Position numbers and translations under genes: made by a program | In this document: one piece after another, positions 51,791 through 58,617 of the stretch | Layout: the number at the start of each line of letters is the position of its first letter | How positions within the stretch are numbered: the first letter of the stretch is position 1 | Virus record (IMG/VR): IMGVR_UViG_3300017917_003388 | Span: 96,001 to 160,000 of that record | Strand: one strand, 5' to 3' | Length of the DNA: 64,000 bases | DNA from: a virus | The notes under the pieces: model-generated | Told to the model about the DNA's origin: nothing | The model's input: the letters and a program-made list of their open reading frames with translations, nothing else | Database searches by the model: none

Positions 51791-52699
51791 CTATACATTT
51801 TGGAATTTTATATAACCGTGTTCTAAATAAAAAATATAATTGTATTTAAAAATATCATATAGTTTATCAGCTATTTTTGTTATTTTAGGAGTTTTAACAT
51901 CTATCATTTCTTTAACATATATGTATAATGCTTTTTTATTAAAAATTTCTAATTTATCCCTCATTCTGAATAATTCTAAGATAGAATCAGCAATTTTAGC
52001 ATCTAATTCTTTAGGAAATAATGAGTATATATTTGATGTACAATATTCAACATATAAATCCATAAATAAAGATATTTTATCATTATTTGATAATAAAACT
52101 TCTTTACTATCATCCAATGAATATGAATAATTTTTATCTTCTTCTAAAATAGTAACAGGTGAAGAAACTATCTTATTTTTATAATTTTTTTCATTATATA
52201 AAATTAACCATCTTTTTACTATAGTACCAAAATATGAATAAGCTTTAGGTGGAGTTAAAACTTTTAATTTAGATAATATTTCGTCAGAAAGTGAAATTTG
52301 ACTTTGTAAAAACTCAATAAAATTATCTATTTGTTGCTGATTTACTTTTAAAGCATAATCTACATATTTTACAAAATCATAATTATATTCTAAATTATGT
52401 TCTCGTACTAATATTTTTCTAATTCTATCCTGTATATTTTGAGCATGATTATATAAATGTATTTTCTCTAAAAGAAAAATCATTATTTCATGTTGTAAAT
52501 CTTCAATATTTTCTACTTCTGTATGATAGAATTTAAACGTATGGATTATATTTTGTGTAAGTTTAAAAAAAGGATAATTTATATATTGTTCATATATTTT
52601 ACTTTTCAATATTGTGTCATCTGTATTATTATACCTTATGATGGCATCTTCGGTTTCCTGAGTGAAATAGTTATTATTTTTCTTCTTCGCCATAAACAT
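51791..52699 (-). CDS. Phage sigma factor for late transcription (gp55-like)
   Basis: NYFTQE, EDLQHE...LEK...Y and KAYSYFGTIVKRWLI (sigma region 2-like). Confidence 0.7.
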   Translation of the reverse strand: MFMAKKKNNNYFTQETEDAIIRYNNTDDTILKSKIYEQYINYPFFKLTQNIIHTFKFYHTEVENIEDLQHEIMIFLLEKIHLYNHAQNIQDRIRKILVREHNLEYNYDFVKYVDYALKVNQQQIDNFIEFLQSQISLSDEILSKLKVLTPPKAYSYFGTIVKRWLILYNEKNYKNKIVSSPVTILEEDKNYSYSLDDSKEVLLSNNDKISLFMDLYVEYCTSNIYSLFPKELDAKIADSILELFRMRDKLEIFNKKALYIYVKEMIDVKTPKITKIADKLYDIFKYNYIFYLEHGYIKFQNV

Positions 52700-52964
52700 T
52701 TATATAAAAATTATAGATTTGTTGTTGCATTTTGTTAATATATTTAAAAAAGAAACCTATTTCATCGTCACTATTAAATGTTCCTCTTTGGTCTATTTCT
52801 TTAAGCTTAATATTTGTTTCTTTTACATTATTGTATAATATATACATTTGCTTATCATAAGATAATATAATTTCTTCACATTTTTTATTTTTTCTAAATA
52901 AATTAAAAGTTGTATATGATAATAATATAACTAATAATGTTAAAATAATAATTAATAAATTCAT
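52674..52964 (-). CDS. Small membrane protein
   Basis: N-terminal TM segment; FNSDDEIGFFF. Confidence 0.5.
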   Translation of the reverse strand: MNLLIIILTLLVILLSYTTFNLFRKNKKCEEIILSYDKQMYILYNNVKETNIKLKEIDQRGTFNSDDEIGFFFKYINKMQQQIYNFYINVYGEEEK

Positions 52965-53047
52965 AGTTTGATTTTTATAAATTAAAAAAGGTTATGTTTT
53001 TTCAAACATAACCTGAATATAATGATGTTATTTTTGATAATCAAATC

Positions 53048-53842
53048 TTATTTATCTGATTTAAAAAAATTGTTTATCACACCTTCTAAACCTGGTGTTG
53101 GTGTTATATTAGATAAAGCTTTGACTTTAATTGATGGGGATTTTTCTTTTGATTTATCTACTGATTTAACACTAGGTTTATCTTCTTTAAATTTTGGCAA
53201 CCATTCTTTTTCAAATTCAATACGTGATGCCATTAAATCTGCTTGGTGTAATATATATGGTAAACAAGTTCTAGGTTTTTGTTCAGGTAAATATGGTGAT
53301 AAGTATTTTTTATTTCCTTCATCATATAAACCATCATGTGTTTGTATAGCTACCATTTCATTGAAAGTATAAGGAACACCATTTGATTGAAGTATAAATA
53401 GTGATCTATCTGGCACTGAAGCAAATGGTATTTTATTATTGAAGGTGTAATCTTCACCTAATTTTTCTTTTCTCCATTGATCAGTTTGGGGAATATATGA
53501 TTCATTTTCTTCATCTCCTATTTTCCCTAAATCATGATTTAAAGCTGAAAATATTAGTTCTTCTCTAGTAAATGAAGTCATATTTGCTCCTTCTTCTTCC
53601 CAAATTGATGCTATTTTTAATGAACATCTTATTACTCTAAGTATATGATCTACATATCCTCCTGGGAATGCATTATGGTATTCTTTTTTATAAGATGCTG
53701 GCATCATTATTATTCTATCTGAATAATTATTATATAATTCTAATAATTTTTCTTTCCTAGGAGAAGAAAATTCATTATGAATGATATCTATTAAATCATT
53801 CCAATTTTTTTCAATTTGTTCAGCTGTTAATTTATTTGTCAT
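53048..53842 (-). CDS. HD-domain phosphohydrolase
   Basis: PAS..YHNAFPGGYVDH, HDLGKIG, HDG and HQAD motifs. Confidence 0.85.
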   Translation of the reverse strand: MTNKLTAEQIEKNWNDLIDIIHNEFSSPRKEKLLELYNNYSDRIIMMPASYKKEYHNAFPGGYVDHILRVIRCSLKIASIWEEEGANMTSFTREELIFSALNHDLGKIGDEENESYIPQTDQWRKEKLGEDYTFNNKIPFASVPDRSLFILQSNGVPYTFNEMVAIQTHDGLYDEGNKKYLSPYLPEQKPRTCLPYILHQADLMASRIEFEKEWLPKFKEDKPSVKSVDKSKEKSPSIKVKALSNITPTPGLEGVINNFFKSDK

Positions 53843-53847
53843 ATTAA

Positions 53848-54036
53848 TTAATAATTTTCTGGTCCAACAAAAGGTTCAGATTCAATATATAATACACATT
53901 GATCTAGTTGTTGTTTAAGTTTGTCTAAAGTTTCATAATACTTTTCTTTATTATTTTGGTTAACAAACATATTTAAATGAGTAATAGTAGACTCCATTTG
54001 ATTTAATTTATGCAAAACTGCGTTTCTATTTTTCAT
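53848..54036 (-). CDS. Hypothetical protein
   Basis: ORF track. Confidence 0.45.
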   Translation of the reverse strand: MKNRNAVLHKLNQMESTITHLNMFVNQNNKEKYYETLDKLKQQLDQCVLYIESEPFVGPENY

Positions 54037-54104
54037 AATTTTTGTTTTTAATTATATAAAAATTAATTGTGGAAATCAAATTTAATTATATTTATAAATA
54101 AAAA

Positions 54105-54641
54105 ATGAAAATATCTACTTTTATCCTAATATTGATAATAAGTTGTGGATTGATGATAGATTTTACTAATAAAAAAATATATGGAGATACTGTATCTATG
54201 CAATACTATTTTGATATAGATCAACCACCTCCTTTAATTTTAGACTCTGATTCTAATTTTAGATTACAACCATTAGTCGAAAATATAGATTTAAAAGGAT
54301 ATGAAATTGTTTTATCACTGAAACTATATTATAAAGATAAAATGGTAAAACCACTAGATGTTAAAAAAGGACCACCAATAGATGGATACTGCTCAGATTC
54401 TACAATAATAATGTTTAAATTTGATGATTTGGACTCTATTAAATTAGGGAGTGTAAAAAGAATGAGTTGTAAAATATTAGCTATATTTAATTTACAAAAA
54501 TCTGATAATATTAAGTTAAAAACTAAAACATTAGATAAAATATCTATAACTAATTATGTTACTGAAAATAGATATGATTTTGTAATAAAAGACAAAACAT
54601 ATTTTAATAGATGGATAACTAAATACAATAGTTGGAGATAA
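54105..54641 (+). CDS. Secreted/lipoprotein-like protein; the only convincing plus-strand gene
   Basis: MKISTFILILIISC signal/lipobox-like N-terminus; TATATTTATA box at 54087-54096 on the + strand. Confidence 0.6.
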   Translation: MKISTFILILIISCGLMIDFTNKKIYGDTVSMQYYFDIDQPPPLILDSDSNFRLQPLVENIDLKGYEIVLSLKLYYKDKMVKPLDVKKGPPIDGYCSDSTIIMFKFDDLDSIKLGSVKRMSCKILAIFNLQKSDNIKLKTKTLDKISITNYVTENRYDFVIKDKTYFNRWITKYNSWR

Positions 54642-54828
54642 CGTTGTCCATGTTGTCCACGTTGTCCACGTTGTCCATGTTGTCCACGTTGTCCACGTTG
54701 TCCATGTTGTCCACGTTGTCCACGTTGTCCACGTTGTCCACGTTGTCCACGTTGTCCACGTTGTCCATGTTGTCCATGTTGTCCATGTTGTCCATGTTGT
54801 CCATGTTGTCCATGTTGTCCATGTTGTC
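54641..54828. repeat. 9-bp tandem array (GTTGTCCAY), about 21 copies
   Basis: Read directly; units are GTTGTCCAT or GTTGTCCAC. Confidence 0.97.
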
Positions 54829-54897
54829 TTTATATCTTATCATCCAATGTTGTCATACTAACCCGTAGTATGAAATATACATTAAAGAGTAAGGAAA

Positions 54898-55347
54898 TCA
54901 AGTTTTATTTTTACCTAAAAATTCTTCAACTTTAATTTTAATATTTTGTAATAATGAACATTTTTCATAATGTTCTAATTTTTCAAAATAATCAATTGAT
55001 ATGTTTATATTATGTAATAGATAAAATGTGGATTTTTTTGAAATACAATCTATATGGAATACATTATTGGTATCTATATTTTTAATATAATTCCATGCTT
55101 TATCAAACATATATTTATTTTTTAACAATAAAATATTGTCTTTATCATTATTTAATTTTGTATTTTTTATAGCATTTTTAATTAATTCTTCAAAATATTT
55201 CTCATTAGATATTATTTTATTAAATCCATTTATCCAATATAATGGATGATTTGAAAAATCAATGGGTAATGTTTCATCATTATCATCATTATTTGATATG
55301 ATGTTATCATCTATGTGAGTAAAAATTTTAAATATATCTAAATTCAT
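54898..55347 (-). CDS. Hypothetical protein with a UvrB/C-like C-terminal motif
   Basis: YFEKLEHYEKCSLL. Confidence 0.5.
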   Translation of the reverse strand: MNLDIFKIFTHIDDNIISNNDDNDETLPIDFSNHPLYWINGFNKIISNEKYFEELIKNAIKNTKLNNDKDNILLLKNKYMFDKAWNYIKNIDTNNVFHIDCISKKSTFYLLHNINISIDYFEKLEHYEKCSLLQNIKIKVEEFLGKNKT

Positions 55348-55528
55348 ATTTTAAAAATATTAAAAAAATATTAAATAAATTTTTTAAAAACTTAAATTAT
55401 ATATTTTAATAAAGTCTATGTTAAAAGATTTAAAGTTAATATAAATTTTTATTTTAATTAAAATATTAAAAATAAAAAAAGCCTCATATTTTATTATAAA
55501 TATAAGGCTTCTAATTGTATTATACTAA

Positions 55529-56047
55529 TTAAAATATTAAATATTGTTTCCAATCTTCTTTATTTTTATATACTCTACTTATGAAATAGAAAGGATTAGG
55601 TCTAAATGGTTTAATATTTAATTTCATACCTGCTTGTTCTGGTGTTTTGTCACCTTTCTTTAAATTACATGGAAAACAACATGTTACTAGATTTTCCCAT
55701 GTATTTAATCCTCCTTTAGATCTAGGATCTATGTGGTCTAAAGTTAGATTTTTAGTTGATCCACAATAAGCACATTTATTATCGTCTCGTTTAAATATAT
55801 TTTCTCTTGAAAGTACAATTTTTCTATGAGGAACATAAACATATTTAGTTAAACGAATAACTGAAGGTTTATGGTATTTGTTGATACTAGTATCTAAAGT
55901 TATTCCTGTATCTTCTATTATTTCTGCTTTACCTTTCCAAACTAATTTAAAAGCTTGTTTGAAAGTAGTAACATTTATTGGTAGAAAATCAGCATTTAAA
56001 ACTAATATCATTGAGTTTTTTTTATTATAACTCTTTAAATTTTTCAT
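55529..56047 (-). CDS. HNH endonuclease (McrA-like)
   Basis: LVLNADF.P, SRENIFKRD..CAYCG, LTLDHI.PRSKGG..WENLVTCC..CN.KK motifs. Confidence 0.9.
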   Translation of the reverse strand: MKNLKSYNKKNSMILVLNADFLPINVTTFKQAFKLVWKGKAEIIEDTGITLDTSINKYHKPSVIRLTKYVYVPHRKIVLSRENIFKRDDNKCAYCGSTKNLTLDHIDPRSKGGLNTWENLVTCCFPCNLKKGDKTPEQAGMKLNIKPFRPNPFYFISRVYKNKEDWKQYLIF

Positions 56048-56090
56048 AATTTCATATTTATATTAAAATATATTTATTATAATTATTTAG

Positions 56091-56163
56091 TACCCAATGT
56101 AGGATTCGAACCTACAAAAACTTGTTCCTAAGACAAGTGTGTCTTCCTTTCCACCAATTGGGT
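56091..56163 (-). tRNA. tRNA-Leu(TAG), short variable loop
   Basis: Acceptor ACCCAAT/ATTGGGT; anticodon arm CTTGT-CTTAGGA-ACAAG; T loop TTCGAAT. Confidence 0.85.
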
Positions 56164-56168
56164 ATTAG

Positions 56169-56240
56169 TACACCGTATAGGACTCGAACCTATATTAAAA
56201 GTTCCGTAGACTTCCGTTCTTCCAATTGAACTAACAGTGC
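56169..56240 (-). tRNA. tRNA-Arg(ACG)
   Basis: Anticodon arm GAAGT-CTACGGA-ACTTT; full cloverleaf. Confidence 0.9.
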
Positions 56241-56245
56241 ATGTG

Positions 56246-56321
56246 GGTATTATGTGGGATTCGAACCCACGACCTCTAGTGCCACAAACTAGCGCTCTTA
56301 TCCATCTGAGCTAATAACACC
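56246..56321 (-). tRNA. tRNA-His(GTG)
   Basis: Anticodon arm CTAGT-TTGTGGC-ACTAG; encoded G-1 and C73. Confidence 0.92.
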
Positions 56322-56326
56322 ATGTG

Positions 56327-56399
56327 TTCTCTTTTGAGGATTCGAACCTACAATTACCTGAGCCAAAATCAAGTGTCCTGCCAATTAGACGAAAAGAGA
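56327..56399 (-). tRNA. tRNA-Gln(TTG)
   Basis: Anticodon arm CTTGA-TTTTGGC-TCAGG; T1-A72; bulged T stem. Confidence 0.85.
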
Positions 56400-56405
56400 G
56401 TATAG

Positions 56406-56479
56406 AGGTAAAGGTAAGATTCGAACTTACGTAATTTTGTTTTGCAAACAAATGCCTAAACCACTCAAGCCACTTTACC
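56406..56479 (-). tRNA. tRNA-Cys(GCA)
   Basis: Anticodon arm TTTGT-TTGCAAA-ACAAA; U73. Confidence 0.9.
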
Positions 56480-56483
56480 ATTG

Positions 56484-56557
56484 AGCTTCATATCGGGATC
56501 GAACCAATTCTATTTCTCATTACAAGTGAGATGCACCACCATTTATGCGTATGAAGC
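56484..56557 (-). tRNA. tRNA-Thr(TGT), atypical A8
   Basis: Anticodon arm TCTCA-CTTGTAA-TGAGA; acceptor GCTTCAT/ATGAAGC. Confidence 0.85.
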
Positions 56558-56562
56558 TTATG

Positions 56563-56638
56563 CGGCTTATACGGGATTTGAACCCGTGATCTTCTGCGTG
56601 ACAGGCAGACGGGGACGACCTGACTCCCCTAATAAGCC
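56563..56638 (-). tRNA. tRNA-Asp(GTC)
   Basis: Anticodon arm TCTGC-CTGTCAC-GCAGA; G73. Confidence 0.92.
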
Positions 56639-56643
56639 AATTG

Positions 56644-56717
56644 AGCAAGTAGACGGGATCGAACCGACTCTATTCCTGATTGGAAGTCAGGTGCACCACC
56701 ATTTATGCGTTACTTGC
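56644..56717 (-). tRNA. tRNA-Gly(TCC), atypical A8
   Basis: Anticodon arm CCTGA-CTTCCAA-TCAGG; U73. Confidence 0.85.
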
Positions 56718-56725
56718 TTTTTTAG

Positions 56726-56798
56726 TACCCCCTGTAGGAATCGAACCTACGACATCTTGTATGTAAAACAAGCACTCTTCCAGCTGAGCTAAAGGGGC
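56726..56798 (-). tRNA. tRNA-Val(TAC)
   Basis: Anticodon arm CTTGT-TTTACAT-ACAAG. Confidence 0.9.
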
Positions 56799-56803
56799 AT
56801 AAG

Positions 56804-56879
56804 TAAGGTAAGTGGGATTTGAACCCACATGCTCTTCATCCCAAATGAAGCGAGATAAGCCTGATTCCTCTATTACCTT
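56804..56879 (-). tRNA. tRNA-Pro(TGG)
   Basis: Anticodon arm CTTCA-TTTGGGA-TGAAG. Confidence 0.9.
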
Positions 56880-56885
56880 ATAATG

Positions 56886-56958
56886 TGGATCTCCTCGGAA
56901 TCGAACCGAGATTTCTTGTTCTTCAGACAAGCACATTGACCAACTCTGTCAAAGATCC
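56886..56958 (-). tRNA. tRNA-Phe(GAA)
   Basis: Anticodon arm CTTGT-CTGAAGA-ACAAG. Confidence 0.9.
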
Positions 56959-56964
56959 ATATAG

Positions 56965-57051
56965 TGGAAGTGGAGGGATTCGAACCCACAAGTTAACCCC
57001 AAAGGGACTAGTTTTACAGACTAGCGAACACACCAATTGTTCAACACTTCC
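56965..57051 (-). tRNA. tRNA-Tyr(GTA)
   Basis: Anticodon arm CTAGT-CTGTAAA-ACTAG; long variable arm. Confidence 0.9.
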
Positions 57052-57058
57052 ATTTTTG

Positions 57059-57129
57059 CGGTTCCCAAAGGAATCGAACCTTTGTATAAAGATTAACAGT
57101 CTTTTGTTCTACCATTGAACTAGGGAACC
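57059..57129 (-). tRNA. tRNA-Asn(GTT)
   Basis: Anticodon arm AAAGA-CTGTTAA-TCTTT; G73. Confidence 0.9.
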
Positions 57130-57573
57130 ATTATTTCTTATCTTTTCATGTTCTTCTCTATGACAATTAGAACATAATAAATCGCATTTATCTACTTCTA
57201 TTTTCATTTTCTCTAAAGAATATGAATTCGAAGATATTGAAAAATCTTTTTGTTTTGGATCTTGATGATGAAATTCTAAAGCAGATAAACACTTATTATA
57301 CCCACATTTAACACATTGGTTTCCTTTATATTCAAGTAATTTAATTTTAGTTCTTCTTTTCCAATTAATTACATTATTCACATTTTGTTTTTTTCTTTCT
57401 TGTTTAGATAATGGTATTCGTTTTTCTTTTTTTTCTTTTTTTACTAACTTTAAATTATGTTTATTTATATAATACCCAACTGTTCCTTTTTGAATAGATA
57501 ATAAATTACATATATCTTTAATTTTAATATTTTGTTTACGTAAATTTATTATTTGTTCTTCTATATTTTTCAT
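57109..57573 (-). CDS. HNH homing endonuclease inserted in the tRNA array
   Basis: N-terminal HTH-like segment; KGNQCVKCGY..C..ALEFHH.DP..KC.LLCSNCHREEH; the 3' end overlaps tRNA-Asn. Confidence 0.85.
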   Translation of the reverse strand: MKNIEEQIINLRKQNIKIKDICNLLSIQKGTVGYYINKHNLKLVKKEKKEKRIPLSKQERKKQNVNNVINWKRRTKIKLLEYKGNQCVKCGYNKCLSALEFHHQDPKQKDFSISSNSYSLEKMKIEVDKCDLLCSNCHREEHEKIRNNGSLVQW

Positions 57574-57642
57574 TTTATTATAAATATATTAGAACAATTT
57601 TAAATTCGATTACTCCTTTTATTTCATCATTTCAAAGATCTG

Positions 57643-57717
57643 TGATCCTGGAGGGACTCGAACCCACGTTTCCTACATTAAAAGTGTAGTGCCTACAACC
57701 AACTCGGCCACAGAATC
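57643..57717 (-). tRNA. tRNA-Lys(TTT)
   Basis: Anticodon arm CTACA-CTTTTAA-TGTAG. Confidence 0.9.
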
Positions 57718-57723
57718 ATTATG

Positions 57724-57797
57724 TAGTCAAAGTAGGACTTGAACCTACGACCTCTTGCTTATCAGACAAGCGCTCTAACCAACTGAGCTATATGACT
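57724..57797 (-). tRNA. tRNA-Ile(GAT)
   Basis: Anticodon arm CTTGT-CTGATAA-GCAAG. Confidence 0.92.
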
Positions 57798-57845
57798 ATG
57801 TATGGGTTTTATTTTATGTAGAAACCCAAACTCGTAAACTACATT

Positions 57846-57918
57846 TGGTGGAGCATGTGGGAATCGAACCCAAATAAATTGTTTGCAAAACAATCCGCCT
57901 GCCTTCGGCATCACCCCC
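57846..57918 (-). tRNA. tRNA-Ala(TGC), irregular acceptor/T stems, encoded CCA
   Basis: Anticodon arm ATTGT-TTTGCAA-ACAAT; G3-U70 pair present. Confidence 0.75.
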
Positions 57919-57924
57919 ATATTG

Positions 57925-58009
57925 CGGAGAGTAAAGGATTCGAACCTTTGGACCAAATTAACGATCACAGTTTAGCAAACTGCTGCAATAACCACTCTGC
58001 CAACTCTCC
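57925..58009 (-). tRNA. tRNA-Ser(GCT)
   Basis: Anticodon arm GCAGT-TTGCTAA-ACTGT; long variable arm; G73. Confidence 0.9.
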
Positions 58010-58015
58010 ATTTTG

Positions 58016-58102
58016 CGGAAGCGAAGGGAATCGAACCCCCAAGTCAGGTTTCCCCGACCAACTGTTTTCAAGACAGCCCCCTCGTCCATTCGGACCACTT
58101 CC
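58016..58102 (-). tRNA. tRNA-Ser(TGA)
   Basis: Anticodon arm GCTGT-CTTGAAA-ACAGT; long variable arm. Confidence 0.9.
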
Positions 58103-58109
58103 ATTTTAG

Positions 58110-58179
58110 CACGCCGTGTAGGAATTGAACCCACCCGCAAGAGTTTTGGAGGCTCTGCCGACCCATGTCTGAACGACGC
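58110..58179 (-). tRNA. tRNA-Trp(CCA), shortened D arm
   Basis: Anticodon arm AGAGC-CTCCAAA-ACTCT; acceptor GCGTCGT/ACGGCGT. Confidence 0.75.
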
Positions 58180-58210
58180 GTATTAAAAAATTTAACAATA
58201 AATTAAGAAC

Positions 58211-58243
58211 AAAAAAACCCGAACTTTTTTAGATTCGGGTTTA
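58211..58243 (-). terminator. Intrinsic terminator (putative attenuator) upstream of the 19-tRNA array
   Basis: Minus strand AAACCCGAAT-CTAAAAAA-GTTCGGGTTT-TTTT. Confidence 0.85.
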
Positions 58244-58272
58244 GTATAAAAATATAAATAAATTATATAATT

Positions 58273-58386
58273 TTAATAAACCGAATCAGGTGGATGAATA
58301 AACCACGTCCCATTATCGACTTTAATCGACGGTTGATAAGTCGCAAGACTATCAAAATTAAAGGTATATAGTTTATAGTTTTTCAT
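58273..58386 (-). CDS. 37-aa leader peptide of a putative tRNA-operon attenuator
   Basis: MKNYKLYTFNFDSLATYQPSIKVDNGTWFIHPPDSVY*; lies between a promoter and the terminator; the last codons GATTCGGTTTA are complementary to the terminator 5' arm. Confidence 0.7.
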   Translation of the reverse strand: MKNYKLYTFNFDSLATYQPSIKVDNGTWFIHPPDSVY

Positions 58387-58399
58387 CTGTTTTTCTTTT

Positions 58400-58434
58400 A
58401 TTATAAATATATGAAAAGGATTTTGAAATCCAAA
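58400..58434 (-). promoter_or_regulatory. Promoter for the leader and tRNA array
   Basis: TTTGGATTTC-N13-TATATTTATAAT, the same two-box layout as other promoters in the window. Confidence 0.7.
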
Positions 58435-58453
58435 TTCTTTTTCTTTTTTTTAG

Positions 58454-58527
58454 TTGCGGGGGAAGGATTCGAACCTTCGACCTTTAGGTTATGAGCCTAA
58501 CGAGCTGACCAACTGCTCTACCCCACA
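58454..58527 (-). tRNA. tRNA-Met(CAT), initiator-like body
   Basis: Acceptor TGTGGGG/CCCCGCA, D stem GAGC/GCTC, anticodon arm TTAGG-CTCATAA-CCTAA. Confidence 0.88.
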
Positions 58528-58575
58528 TTGTTATTACTTATATTATTATATATTGATACATATTGTAAAAATTTT

Positions 58576-58600
58576 AAAAATAACCGACCTTGCTCGGTTA
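58576..58600 (-). terminator. Terminator after the TROVE gene
   Basis: Minus strand TAACCGAG-CAAG-GTCGGTTA-TTTTT. Confidence 0.65.
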
Positions 58601-58617
58601 ACACAATTGGTTTCTTG

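Noticed and set aside
336-53372. Plus-strand ORFs antisense to the long minus-strand genes
   Set aside because: Shadow frames of AT-rich coding sequence, with no motifs or promoters.
54619-54868. ORFs 54619..54843 (-) and 54632..54868 (+) as confident proteins
   Set aside because: They are open only because the 9-bp repeat lacks stops; reported as a repeat, with translation left as a hypothesis.
56481-58140. Short ORFs in the track overlapping the tRNA cluster
   Set aside because: They coincide with clear tRNA cloverleaves and are spurious.
4937-58412. T4-type TATAAATA late promoters firing on the + strand
   Set aside because: They sit at the 5' ends of minus-strand genes with nothing to transcribe on +; interpreted as the reverse-complement motif.
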